From NCBI RefSeq assembly GCF_963921235.1, contig NC_086101.1:682001-746000 (forward strand): a stretch of 64,000 nucleotides of DNA, read 5' to 3'. The first letter of the stretch is position 1. Each line of letters begins with the position of its first letter. Position numbers and translations under genes: made by a program. Under the pieces are notes generated by a model. The model worked only from the letters and a program-made list of their open reading frames with translations, was not told where the DNA came from and did not search any database. Below, one piece after another: positions 25,956 through 39,059 of this stretch. Source of the DNA: Mobula hypostoma. Taxonomy: Eukaryota.

Positions 25956-27396
25956 CATAGAAACATAGAAACATAGAAAATAGGTGCAGGAGTAGGCCAT
26001 TCGGCCTTTCGAGCCTGCAACGCCATTTATTATGATCATGGCTGATCATCCAACTCAGAACCCCGCCCCAGCCTTCCCTCCATACCCCCTGACCCCCGTA
26101 GCCACAAGGGCCATATCTAACTCCCTCTTAACCATAACCAATGAACTGGCCTCAACAGTTTGCTGTGGCAGAGAATTCCACAGATTCACCACTCTCTGTG
26201 TGAAGAAGTTGTTCCTAATCTCGGTCCTAAAAGGCTTCCCCTCTATCCTCAAACTGTGACCCCTCGTTCTGGACTTCCCCAACATCGGGAACAATCTTCC
26301 CGCATCTAGCCTGTCCAATCCCTTTAGGATCTTATACGTTTCAATCAGATCCCCCCTCAATCTTCTAAATTCCAACGAGTACAAGCCCGGTTCATCCAGT
26401 CTTTCTTCATATGAAAGTCCTGCCATCCCAGGAATCAATCTGGTGAACCTTCTTTGTACTCCCTCTATGGCAAAGATGTCTTTCCTCAGATTAGGGGACC
26501 AAAACTGCACACAATACTCCAGGTGTGGTCTCACCAAGGCCTTGTATAACTGCAGTAGTACCTCCCTGCTCCTGTACTCGAATCCTCTTGCTATAAATGC
26601 CAGCATACCATTCGCCTTTTTCACCGCCTGCTGTACCTGCATGCCCACTTTCAATGACTGGTGTATAATGACACCCAGGTCTCGTTGCACCTCCCCTTTT
26701 CCTAATCGGCCACCATTCAGATAATAATCTGTTTTCCTATTTTTGCCACCAAAGTGGATAACTTCACATTTATCCACATTAAATTGCATCTGCCATGAGT
26801 TTGCCCACTCACCCAACCTATCCAAGTCACCCTGCATCCTCTTAGCATCCTCCTCACTGCTAACACTGCCACCCAGCTTCGTGTCATCCGCAAACTTGGA
26901 GATGCTGCATTTAATTCCCTCATCCAAGTCATTAATATATATCGTAAACAACTGGGGTCCCAGCACTGAGCCTTGCGGTACCCCACTAGTCACCGCCTGC
27001 CATTCTGAAAAGGTCCCGTTTATTCCCACTCTTTGCTTCCTGTCTGCTAACCAATTCTCCACCCACACCAATAACTTACCCCCAATACCGTGTGCTTTAA
27101 GTTTGCACACTAATCTCCTGTGTGGGACCTTCTCAAAAGCCTTTTGAAAATCCAAATATACCACATCCACTGGTTCTCCCCTATCCACTCTACTAGTTAC
27201 ATCCTCAAAAAATTCTATGAGATTCGTCAGACATGATTTTCCTTTCACAAATCCATGCTGACTTTGTCCGATGATTTCACCGCTTTCCAAATGTGCTGTT
27301 ATCACATCCTTGATAACTGACTCCAGCAGTTTCCCCACCACCGACGTTAGGCTAACTGGTCTATAATTCCCCGGTTTCTCTCTCCCTCCTTTTTTC
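25956..27396 (-). mobile_element. Young 5'-truncated CR1 LINE (open RT ORF 26055-27341)
   Basis: 428-aa uninterrupted RT ([21 protein letters not shown]); (atagaaac)n tail. Confidence 0.95.
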
Positions 27397-27813
27397 CAGG
27401 ACGTTTCAAATATCCTCTTTCTTTAAGGATCATGGTTTCCCTTCTGCTGTCATCAATGATGCCCTCACCTGCATCTCCTCCATTTCCCGCACTTCGGCCC
27501 TCACCCCTTCCTCCCGCCACCACAACAGGTACAGAGTTCCTCTTGTCCTCACCTACCACCCACCAGCCTCCAGATCCAGCACATTATCCTCCGCAACTTC
27601 CGCCACCTTCAACAGGACCCCACCACTAAGCACATCTTTCCCTCTCCACCCCTCTCTGCTTTCCGCAGGGATCGGTCCCTCCGCGAGTCCCTGGTCCACA
27701 CGTCCCTCCCCACGGATCTCCCTCCCGGCACTTATCCATGTAAGCGTAAGTGCTACACCTGTCCCTACACCTCCTCTCTTGCCACCATTCAGGGCTCTGA
27801 ACTCTCCTTCCAG

Positions 27814-28140
27814 GTGAGGCAACACTTCACTTGTGAGTCTGTTGGGGTCATCTATTGCATCCGGTGCTCCTGGTGCGGCCTCTTCTACATCAGTGAAACC
27901 CAACGCAGATTCGGGGACCGCTTCGTCGAGCACCACCGCTCCGTCCGCCAAAACAGACAGGATCTCTCAGTAGCCACCCACTTCAACTCTGCTTCCCACT
28001 CCCATTCAGATATGTCCATACATGGCCTCCTCTATTGCCATGATGAGGCTAAACTCAGCTTGGAGGAACAACACCTCATATACCGTCTAGGTAGTCTCCA
28101 GCCCCTTGGTATGAACATAGAATTCTCCAACTTCCTATAA
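27814..28140 (+). pseudogene. GIY-YIG endonuclease domain of the Penelope-like element
   Basis: FTCESVGVIYCIRCSWCGLFYISET..RFVEH..VATHF..EEQHLI..GMN. Confidence 0.85.
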
Positions 28141-28360
28141 TTCCTTCCCCCTCCCTTCCCCTATCCCTATGTCACTCTGCCCCCTCCCCCAGCTGCCTAC
28201 CACCTCCCTCATGGTTCCGCCTCCTTCTACTACCTATTGTGTTTTCCCCTATTCCTTCTACACCTCTCCTGCCTATCACTTCCCTGCTTCCCCTCCTCCA
28301 CCCCTTTATCATTCCCCTTACTGGTTTTTCACCTGGAACCTACCAGTCTTCTCCTTCTCC

Positions 28361-30276
28361 TAATTAGGAAGGGGAAAAAAGATTATGAGAGAAAACTGGC
28401 AGAGAACATAACAACGGACTGTAAAAGCTTTTATAGATATGTAAAAAGGAAAAGACTGATAAAGACAAATGTAGGTCCCCTGCAAACAGAAACAGGTGAA
28501 TTGATTATGGGGAGCAAGGACATGGCAGACCAATTGAATAATTACTTTGGTTCTGTCTTCACTAAGGAGGACATAAATAATCTTCCAGAAATAGTAAGGG
28601 ACAGAGGGTCCAGTGAGATGGAGGAACTGAGCGAAATACATGTTAGTAGGGAAGTGGTGTTAGGTAAATTGAAGGGATTGAAGGCAGATAAATCCCCAGG
28701 GCCAGATGGTCTGCATCCCAGAGTGCTTAAGGAAGTGGCCCAAGAAATAGTGGATGCATTAGTGATAATTTTTCAAAACTCGTTAGATTCTGGACTAGTT
28801 CCTGAGGATTGGAGGGTGGCTAATGTAACCCCACTTTTTAAAAAAGGAGGGAGAGAGAAACCGGGGAATTATAGGCCGGTTAGCCTAACGTCGGTGGTGG
28901 GGAAACTGCTGGAGTCAGTTATCAAGGATGTGATAACAGCACATTTGGAAAGCGGTGAAATCATCGGACAAAGTCAGCATGGATTTGTGAAAGGAAAATC
29001 ATGTCTGACGAATCTCATAGAATTTTTTGAGGATGTAACTAGTAGAGTGGATAGGGGAGAACCAGTGGATGTGGTATATTTGGATTTTCAAAAGGCTTTT
29101 GACAAGGTCCCACACAGGAGATTAGTGTGCAAACTTAAAGCACACGGTATTGGGGGTAAGGTATTGGTGTGGGTGGAGAATTGGTTAGCAGACAGGAAGC
29201 AAAGAGTGGGAATAAACGGGACCTTTTCAGAATGGCAGGCGGTGACTAGTGGGGTACCGCAAGGCTCAGTGCTGGGACCCCAGTTGTTTACAATATATAT
29301 TAATGACTTGGATGAGGGAATTAAATGCAGCATCTCCAAGTTTGCAGATGACACAAAGCTGGGTGGCAGTGTTAGCAGTGAGGAGGATGCTAAGAGGATG
29401 CAGGGTGACTTGGATAGGTTGGGTGAGTGGGCAAACTCATGGCAGATGCAATTTAATGTGGATAAATGTGAAGTTATCCACTTTGGTGGCAAAAATAGGA
29501 AAACAGATTATTATCTGAATGGTGGCCGATTAGGAAAAGGGGAGGTGCAACGAGACCTGGGTGTCATTATACACCAGTCATTGAAAGTGGGCATGCAGGT
29601 ACAGCAGGCGGTGAAAAAGGCGAACGGTATGCTGGCATTTATAGCGAGAGGATTCGAGTACAGGAGCAGGGAGGTACTACTGCAGTTGTACAAGGCCTTG
29701 GTGAGACCACACCTGGAGTATTGTGTGCAGTTTTGGTCCCCTAATCTGAGGAAAGACATCTTTGCCATAGAGGGAGTACAAAGAAGGTTCACCAGATTGA
29801 TTCCTGGGATGGCAGGTCTTTCATATGAAGAAAGACTGGATGAACTAGGCTTGTACTCGTTGGAATTTAGAAGATTGAGGGGGGATCTGATTGAAACGTA
29901 TAAGATCCTAAAGGGATTGGACAGGCTAGATGCGGGAAGATTGTTCCCGATGTTGGGGAGGTCTAGAACGAGGGGTCACAGTTTGAGGATAGAGGGGAAG
30001 CCTTTTAGGACCGAGGTTAGGAAAAACTTCTTCACACAGAGAGTGGTGAATCTGTGGAATTCTCTGCCACAGCAAACTGTTGAGGCCAGTTCATTAGCTA
30101 TGTTTAAAAGGAAGTTAGATATGGCCCTTGTGGCTACAGGGGTCAGGGGGTATGGAGGGAAGGCTGGGTTCTGAGTTGGATGATCAGCCATGATCATAAT
30201 AAATGGCGGTGCAGGCTCGAAGGGCCGAATGGCCTACTCCTGCACCTATTTTCTATGTTTCTATGTTTCTATGTTT
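28361..30276 (+). mobile_element. Young 5'-truncated CR1 LINE (open RT ORF to 30174)
   Basis: Uninterrupted RT ORF almost identical to the copy at 25956-27396; (ttctatgt)n tail. Confidence 0.95.
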
Positions 30277-30759
30277 CCCACCCTCCCCCCACCTTCTTTA
30301 TAGGGCCTCTGCCCCTTCCCCCTACAGTCCTGACGAAGGGTTCCGGCCCAAAACGTCGACCGATCTTTTCCACGGATGCTGCCCGACCTGCTGAGTTCCT
30401 CCAGCGTGTTGTGAGTGTTGCTTTGACCCCAGCATCTGCAGAGTATTTTGTGTTTATCAAACTAGAACTCCCACTGTCTTGTGGTAAAGTCGGTCTGTGA
30501 GGTTGGTGGGCAGGAATGGGGGTAAATGGACATATCCACAGACCAATGGGTGGCTGGCGTTCCAGAGTAGTTCGTTGACTGACATCTGATGAGTCCAGGA
30601 CGGTGATTTGCCCCTCCCCACGCACTCACTATCCTAAAGTCCCAGACCTGCCGGTCGATGGGACAGTCGGCCCCGGAATAACAAATGCGAGATCAGGCGG
30701 TGAATGTGAGGATCTGGCGTCCGGACTGGAGACACTGCGGCCGCCTCCGGCTTGTGCTC

Positions 30760-31661
30760 GGCGCGGCTTCATTAATAAAATGAAGCACAGAGGTGACCGG
30801 ATATTTCACCCGCCCTAATTATCTGCTCCCTGAATTTCGACTGAGTCACCGCGTAAATAAATGTAAACAACAGGAGCTGAAATCACTCAGCAAAACGCCG
30901 ACATAGTGAAAGATCCGTTCAGAATCATTGAAATCGAATCCTTTTCCTAAGACCTGATAATATACGACATTTACAACTAGTATCACCCACAGGAGGATGA
31001 AGCTGCCGGAGAGGGTGGAGAGTAAAACCACAGACCTCCTCCTGCTCTCCATCTCCGGGTCACTGCGGTTCTCCCCCTTGCTCTGACCCCTCAGCCCCTT
31101 ACGGACCTGATTGGCCGCTAAAATGTGCCTGACTGTCAGAGCGTTGAGCAGCAGGATCCCAGCGAAAGGGAGGACCGGGGTTAAAACCGTCTCGAGCCAG
31201 TCATATCCTACCCACCCGGGGTCAATGAAAACATTTTGCATGAGTTTACAGAACCACGGTACATTGTCGATGATCATCGGGGTTCCCGTGTGAAGTACCG
31301 GGGAACGTTTCTCAGACAGGACAGAACACCGGTTATTGTTAAAACCACAGCCGCAGTTTTCCCGGTGCAATATTTTGTTTTCAGCTTCTGGCAGCAAATG
31401 GCGACAAACCGATCAAAGGTGAAAGTGACGGTGGACCAGACAGAACAGACTGTGGCTGTGAACATCAGTACATCGATCACACTGCACACAGGGGTATGTC
31501 CAGAAAACTCCACCGGAAGTAATACAGTTTGAATCGAGACAGAATAACCTGGGTGACAATGGTCAGTATATCGGCCGCTGCCATGGCCACCAGGTAGCGA
31601 GTGGTGCAGGTAGAGAGGCCGCACTTTCCCCGGGACAGGATCACAATCGCCACTAAATTCA
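30760..31661 (-). pseudogene. GPR139/GPR142-like GPCR main exon (copy 2), at least 3 frameshifts
   Basis: ctccag acceptor then NLVAIVILSRGKCGLS, AMAAAD, FTFDRFVAIC and TM5-7, spread over three frames. Confidence 0.88.
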
Positions 31662-34511
31662 CTGGAGCAAGACGGGAGGCTGGGTGGAGAGAGCGAGAGA
31701 AAGAGACCGGGCATTACTGAACGCATTACTCTAGTTACTGAAGGGATCGGGATTCAGCGAAAGAGCAGAGACTGTGAACGGCTGCTAATCTAACATCAGA
31801 CACGGGTCATTCTGTCTCTGACCTGCCTTCTTCAGTGTGGAGATAAGACAATGTATGGACAATCGTCGGCGTTAAAGACTGTATGAGCAACCACGATCGG
31901 TGCTGATCCCGATTCCAGTCGGTGATGGGGCCGGTTTCACTCATTTAACCGTGACTGGCCAGGTCTGTGGAAACTCAGCATCTGATGGGGCCGAGAAGGG
32001 AGACAGAGAGGAGCAACACACACAGAATACTGGAGGGACTCAGCAGGTCAGACAGCATACATGGAATTGAACAAACTCTGGTTTGGGGCCGAGACTTTTC
32101 CACAGGACGAAGCGGTGCCGCGATTTACGGCAGGTCTCAGACTGAAAGCAGGAAGAACTTTGTTCAGGTGATCAGACCCAATTATTAACCTAAAGGCAGT
32201 CAGGTCCGACTGTGACAGACTCCACAGGGAGACATGAAACACAGGACCAGGGTTTCTCTCTGTTCAATAACTCAGAAACAGTGAACTTTACAATGTAAAC
32301 GCCTCCCAGTCACAGCTTGCGGGAGAGCTGCCTGTCCCCACACAGGGACAACTCCGGACAAGGTGTCATTGAAGGGAAGAACAACGTTCGAGTCGATCCC
32401 GTGAGTGAGATCAGAGACAGGAGTTTAGTTCCGCTTGTCATTAAATATGAAAAATCAGAGTGTTGAACTGACAGGATCAATATCGCTGATGGATATTTGT
32501 GCAATGATCATCAAGCTGAAAGCTTGTCAAATGATCATAAACAGATTCACACTGTTAACACACAGAAATACCAAACATCAATTGCTCTGCTCAGTCACCA
32601 GGAACTCCAATAACGGCAATCAACACGTACAATATTTTCTGCACACTCCAGTACCTATCAATCATTGCAGACAGTTTCTCTGTCCAGTGATTTCTCCGCC
32701 CGCGCTACAGGCGATCTCTCGGCATTAAGTGTTGAGGTAGCACTTGCCTGGGTTTTTAAATACCATTTAGCGACTCCACAGGGACACATTCCAACAGATT
32801 TAAAAATAAATGTGTTTAAATTATTTACACACCAATTACGTCAGACAGGTGCAATCCCCGTGGTGACAGATTGCGATTAAATTACTTAAGCAATGTAATG
32901 TTTGGACTGCTTGTGTGGATTATTGTCCGAAAAGGCGACCGAACCTTCAGCGGTTTCTTACCAAATCCATATGCTGCCACTCTGTGTGTACCTCAATGGA
33001 GCCATTTGCGAGGCACAGAATATTGAAGTAAATTATGTCATTGTAGCTTGTGAAATTGTGTTGAATCACCCACTAATACCGTTCCCCAGAGTATAAACTC
33101 TTGAAATAGTTTGTGTTTGGGAGAGTCTAACGTGAGGCTCGCCAAGAAAAGGTCTGTTTGTGAGTCCCGTGTCCCTAGCCCAGGCTCCGAGTTCCCAGTT
33201 CCTTGTCCTGGTCCTGCTTTCCTAGCGAAGGTCCTAGCCCAAGTCTGCGTTCCTGTCCCAGCTCCTAGTCCGTGTCCTGTCCCGTCCCTAACTCTAGTCC
33301 AGTCCAGTTCCTAGTACTTCAGTATCTGTGTATTGCATTTGGGTCCGGCTCCCAGCGCCCTCCTCTATCACACTTAAAGCCTGTGCCTTTATTACATCCA
33401 AACATCTTGAATATGGAGCTGATCCATACACCACGCAGCAATTATCAAGAACGATCTGATTGTACAGATCTAAATAGTCAATAAAGATTTTCGCGTAGCT
33501 CCCCAGAAATATCTACAATAACTCCCGAGTATATTGAATGTTCCTTTATATTTATTAATAATATTACTGATATGTTGCTTCTCTGGCGGCTTATTTTTCA
33601 TCCACATGGCGAGAAATTTTACCACCGACACTTCTTCAAGAGTTTGAGCTTATAGGTTCATTTCCAGTACGGTCTATTAACTATAATTGTAAAACACGTA
33701 ACTTGTGAATTAGCAAATGAAAGCTGAAGTCCTCATCTATTAACCTGCTGTTCGACCTTCTGACACAACAGAGTTTTCACGTAGAACCTCATCCCCGATA
33801 TTACTGAATTTCTTCTCTCAATTTATCTTGATTATGAACAGCCAGAAACTAAACATTCCCTCTTTCACGAACAATCATGTTACCCTCTTCAATCAACACT
33901 GGAATATTCTGATCCCTGCGAAAACACCAATATCTTAATCATTCCCCAAACATCTGCAAGTTTAATATCCCTTCCAATGTTATCACAATACGACCTCCAG
34001 CAAACTTTTCTCAAAACCTTCAGAGATTACTTGCCGGCGGCCTGTGCCCTTTTATAAGACCATCAGGCATAGGAGCACAATTAGGCCATCTGGCCCATCG
34101 AGTCTGCTCCGCCGTTCAATCGTGGCTGATCTTTTTTTTCTCCTCTTCAACCCCAGTTCCCGGCCTTCTCCCTGCAACCTTTGATGCCATGTCTAATGAA
34201 GAACCAATCAATCTCTGCCTTAAATACACCCAACTCACTGGCCTCCACAGCTGCATCTGGCAACAAATTGCACAAATTCGCCACCCTTTGGCTAAAGAAA
34301 TCTCTCCGAATCTCAACTTTGAATGGGCGCCGCTCGATTCTGAGGCTGTGTCCTCTTGGCCTCGACTCTCCCACAATGGGAAACCACCTTTCCACATCTA
34401 CCCTGTCTCGGCATTTCAGCATTCGAAAATTTCAATGATATCCCCATTCACCCTTCTGAATTCCAGCGAGTACAGACCCAGAGTCATGAAACGTTCCTCC
34501 TATGATAACCC

Positions 34512-34860
34512 AAGCAACACACATCAAAGTTGCTGGTGAACGCAGCAGGCCGGGCAGCATCTCTAGGAAGAGGTACAGTCGACGTTTCGGGCCGAGACCC
34601 TTCGTCAGGACTAACTGAAGCAAGGGCTTTCAAAGTGGGAGGGGGAGGGGGAGATCCAAAATGATAGGAGAAGACAGGAGGGGGAGGGATGGAGCCAAGA
34701 GCTGGACAGGTGATTGGCAAAAGGGATACGAGAGGATCATGGGACAGGAGGCCCAGGGAGAAGGAAAAGGGGGAGGGGTGGAGAAAAAACCCAGAGGATG
34801 GGCAAGGGGTATAGTCAGAGGGACAGAGGGAGAAAAAGGAGAGAGAGAAAAAAATGTGTG
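34512..34860 (-). mobile_element. PLE-derived hammerhead-containing non-autonomous element inserted in a CR1
   Basis: TSD tatgataaccc/tataataaccc; CR1 sequence is continuous across the insert. Confidence 0.8.
34576..34613 (-). ncRNA. Minimal type-I hammerhead ribozyme, intact core
   Basis: tagtc-CTGACGA-agggtctcggccc-GAAAC-GTC-gactg. Confidence 0.8.
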
Positions 34861-36726
34861 TATAATAACCCTTTCATTCCTGGAATCATCCTTGTAAATC
34901 TGCTCTGGACCCTTCCCAATGCCAGCACATCTTTTCTAATATGAGAGTCCCACAACTGTTCACGATACTCAGGGTGAAGCCTCACCCACGGCTTATAAAG
35001 CCTCAGCATCACATCCCTGCTCTTGTATTCTAGAACTCTTGAAATAAATGCTAATATGCATTTGCCTTCCTCACCACCGACATAACCTGCAGGCTAACCT
35101 TTAGGGTGTTCTGCACAGGGACTCCCAAGTCCCCCTGCATCTCAGAATTTTGGGTTGATTTTCTCCCCGTTTAGAAAATAGTCCGCACCTTTATTTCTAC
35201 TACCGAAGTGTTTGTACGTGATTTTGTCAACATTGTATTTCATTTGCTACTTTCTTGCCCAAGTCCTAATCTGGCCAAATCCTTCTGCATTCTACCTGTT
35301 TCCACAACACTACCTGCCCCTCTACCATTATTTGTATCATCTGCGAACTTAGCGAAAAAAAGAACACCTATTTCATCATCTAAATTGTTTATATAAAGCA
35401 TAAAAAGAAGTGGTCCCAACCCCGACCCCTGCGGAACACCACTAGTCACCTCAGTCAACCAGAAAATAATCCTTTTATTCCCATTCGCTGCCTCTTACCA
35501 ATCAGCCAATGCTCTAACCATGTTAGTAACTTTCCTGTAATACCATGGGCTGTTAACTTGGTAAGCCTCCTTATGTGTGGCATCTTGTCAAAGACCTTCT
35601 TAAAGTCCAAATATGCAACATCCACTGCATCCTCTTTATTTACCCTATTTGTAATCTCCTCAAGGAATTCCAACGGGTCTGTCAGGCAGGATTTTCCCTG
35701 AAGGAAACCATGCTGACTTGGTACTATATTCTCCTGAGTCACCAAGTACTCCATCACTTCATCCTTAACAATTGAGTCCAGCATCTTCCCAAACACTGAG
35801 GTCAGGCTAACTGGTCTATAATTTCCTTTCTGCTGCCTTCCTCCTTTCTTTAAGAGAGGAGCAGCATTTGCAATTTTCCAGTCCTCTGCCAGAGTCCAAT
35901 AATTTCTGAAAGATCATTTCCAATGCCTCCACAATCTCTAACGCTCCCTCTTTCAGAACCCTAGGGTGCAGTTCATTTGATCCGGGTGACTATGTACCTT
36001 TAGGTCTTTCAGCTTTTTGAGCACCTTCCTCTTGTAATAGTAACTGCACCGACTTCTCTTCCTTCACATACTACAATATCAGGTAGACTGCTGTGTCCTC
36101 CAACGTGAAGACAGACGCAAAATATTCATTTATTTCATCAGCCATCTCCTTGCCCACGTTTTAATTCTCCTGCCTCGTTTTCTAGCAGTCCACTATCCAC
36201 TCTCATTCCTCTTTTCTTTGTCACATTCTTGAAAAAGACTTCACTATCCATTTTGATATTATTTATTTGATTGCTTTCATATTTCAGCTTATCCCTTCTA
36301 ATGTTCTTCTTTAAGTTGCTGTCTGTAGGTTTTATAAATTTTATATCCTTCACCAGCACTGCTGCTGTAAAAATCAACTTCTATAAGGCAGAGATTCTAA
36401 ACCTGACCGAGGATGTTTAAAGGAGGTGTAATTTAGACCTGACCCTTAACATTTAAAGGACCTGTGCATTAGACCTGACTCAGAATGTTTAAAGGAGGTG
36501 GGCCTTAGACCTGAATCAGAATTGATAAAGCTGCAAGTTTTGTTTTTTCATACGCATCGTGGTGAGTGTCTGGAATGAATGCCGGGGTGGTGGTGGAGGC
36601 AGATGCGATAGAGGCGATTAGATACCAGATGAATGTGTTGAGAATGGAAAGATGTGGACATTGTGTCGGCAAAAGGACTGGTAAGTCCCATCTGAAATTG
36701 GTTCAGAACAACATTATGAGCAAAAG

Positions 36727-36867
36727 AACAGGAATTCTGCAGATGCTGGAAATTCAAGCAACACACATAAAAGTTGCTGGTGAATGCAGCAGGCCAGGCA
36801 GCATCTCTAGGAAGAGGTACAGTCGACGTTTCAGGCCGAGACCCTTCGTCAGGCCTAACTGAAGGAA
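36727..36867 (-). mobile_element. PLE-derived hammerhead-containing mini-element
   Basis: Perfect 9-bp TSD gagcaaaag (36718-36726, 36868-36876). Confidence 0.8.
36820..36857 (-). ncRNA. Minimal type-I hammerhead ribozyme, one stem-I mismatch
   Basis: taggc-CTGACGA-agggtctcggcct-GAAAC-GTC-gactg. Confidence 0.7.
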
Positions 36868-36886
36868 GAGCAAAAGGGCTTGTTCC

Positions 36887-37233
36887 TGTTGCAAGGACGT
36901 GGCTGGGGACGAACCCAAGTGCAGAACATAGATGCTGAGACAGAGTCGTTAGGCGTCGCCCCTTCGCGAACGGGGAGTCAATACCCAGGAGAAGATGCGA
37001 AGCTTAGAACTAACAGTTCTCAGGAATAGGAAACGGGGTTTGCTCTCACGAGAGTCGACCAACGAACTGGCGGCTTCTTGCTGTGGTCGCAGGGTTTTTA
37101 TCCTGCCGTTTGATGGGAAGCAGGTGCGTGTAGTTAGTGGTACTTGGGAATGATTGGAATCTAAATGAAGTGACCGAGGCCCAAATCTTGAGGTAAATGG
37201 CAAGGAGGGGGTTTGCTAGACGGGACCATGACG
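36887..37233. mobile_element. Short solo LTR-like insertion in a CR1 tail
   Basis: Starts TGT and ends gacg (CA apparently mutated); 5-bp TSD gttcc; host tail resumes afterwards. Confidence 0.6.
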
Positions 37234-39059
37234 GTTCCCTGTTGCACTGCTCTTTGTGGTGTGACCACAGGTGGAGTACTGTGTGCACCTCGAGTCGGCC
37301 GCCTCAAGAAGTGGGTGGTTAACCAAGAAAGGTGGAACAAGGATTCATGACTTTTGTTGCCGTGTTCGGAGGAACTGAGTCAGACAAAGAGTGTCTACTG
37401 CCTGTACACTGATGCCAAGACCGACGATAAATCTCCTTCCGCCACGACAGGCTCGTCTGTCACGATACAATGGAAGGATAGAGTAAAGTGTGAAGAATGT
37501 CTCAAAAAGTTCACAATTGAAACTACTGTACATAATTCCAAACACACACTTGACATAAGGAGTATAACCGATCTTGGACGCCGCGCTCGATCGGCGGCAG
37601 CTGCCAAACTGGCGGGGCCGGCTTGGAGTTCTACTTATGCGGTTTCGACCCCTCGCTCGACCACTGTTAAAACACATTTCCTCAGCCACCACAGACATCG
37701 ACGTAGCGGACTTGCCGAGAGGTCGAAGGAGAACCACGTCTGTCCTTGTGGACAGAAGGGGCTGCGAACACCAGCAGTAGAAACGTGTTGAATTCCGCTG
37801 TTGTAATGGTGCAAAAATGGGCTGAGCGTCGGGCAGATTTCCATCCCGTCTGTCATAGCTCAGCCCGACATCTTTTTCCTCCTGTCACTGGTGAGGTGCC
37901 TGTCCGTCAAATGAGAACTTTCGCGATGTTGAGTCAACATGAACGTCACTCATGCAGAGTGACCTTGCAAACAGTTAAAACCAATGTTCAGAATCTGTTC
38001 CCGTCCAGAATTCAGTTGATATATGTCGGTATGATAGTTCTCTTAATGAAGATCTTTAATGGTGTTCAAAATGAAGTTTGTGATGTTTATAACTGATGTG
38101 GTGAATTATACAGCTCATGCATCTCGTCCTACTGAGGAAATTAAAATTATTGTGAAAGCTGCATAAAGGTATCTTGGTGTAACTGTTGTTCAGCGGGAAG
38201 CTCTAAGTGAAGCTCTGATGGGAGGGGTATCTGTAATGGGATTCAAATATTGCAGTGGAATGTGAGAAGACTGATTTTAATGCGCAAAACATTAAAAAGT
38301 TTACTTCTGATTTGTCACATCCTCATGATATTATATATCTTAAGGAATCCTCGTAGTTACAATGAAATGTAATGTTCAGAATAATTTTGAAACTGCTATT
38401 GATTAAACTTTAGTGTCTAGATAATGGCTGGTGTGTATGCAGGATGTTATGCGTGATGAAGGATCGGGAGTGATCCTTTTCCTATCTTTATAAGCTTTTG
38501 TTTCGATTTATATCGGGGACTGGAGGTCGTTTTTAGGGGGTCGATTTTATTTTGGTAAAGTAAATTGGGCGAAATTTAAGTTTTTCTGTGATGAACATGT
38601 CAGCGTTGAACGCTGAAGATGATGTAGATTTTTGCATTAAAATGTTATGTCACTTTATTTATCAAAGCTCATTAATTGGAGAAGAGCTGTACTACAGTGG
38701 ACTGAGGAATGTGCTGAAGCAATTCGAGAGTGAAATAGGTGAGAGGTTTCATTCTACGTGTGAACTTATTAAGTATAAAATTGCGCAGTTCCTGGTGAGA
38801 AAATTAGTGAACGTTGCGAAAAAAGGTTTGTTGGACGTCATGTCGAGATAATATTAGAAGGGACATTAAAATTGGTGATGTTTGAGGAATCATTAATAAA
38901 ACTGGGGGATTCTTAGATAACATAATTTTCCAGTATTGATGGATGAGGGCGATATGATTGTTTACTGAAACAGGAAACATGAAAGATCGACTTACTGGCT
39001 AGGTCATTTGCTGAGATTTATAATCAATGTGGGGATGAGGTTCTGAGTAAACACCCTGA

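Larger units (their letters stand above)
23904..30456 (+). mobile_element. Penelope-like element with inverted terminal segment and nested insertions
   Basis: 12-bp direct repeat tcaaactagaac at 23892-23903 and 30457-30468. 23904-24310 is an inverted copy of the 3' end. RT C-terminus (LKFT..PFLD..YKPT) at 24311-24490 and GIY-YIG at 27814-28140. Confidence 0.88.
34058..36340 (-). mobile_element. Decayed CR1 LINE (RT half)
   Basis: SQHGFLQGKSCLT, GVPQGSGLGPLLF, FADD fragments; CR1 3' UTR near 34060. Confidence 0.9.

Noticed and set aside
28237..30174. 645-aa ORF as a host or fusion gene
   Set aside because: The N-terminal ~40 aa is chance read-in from the PLE 3' UTR into a 5'-truncated CR1 ORF2.
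30325..30362. Active hammerhead at the PLE right end; also the copies near 62335 and 62746
   Set aside because: Core mutations (GAAA>AAAA, GAAA>TAAA, CTGA>CTGC) predict inactivity.
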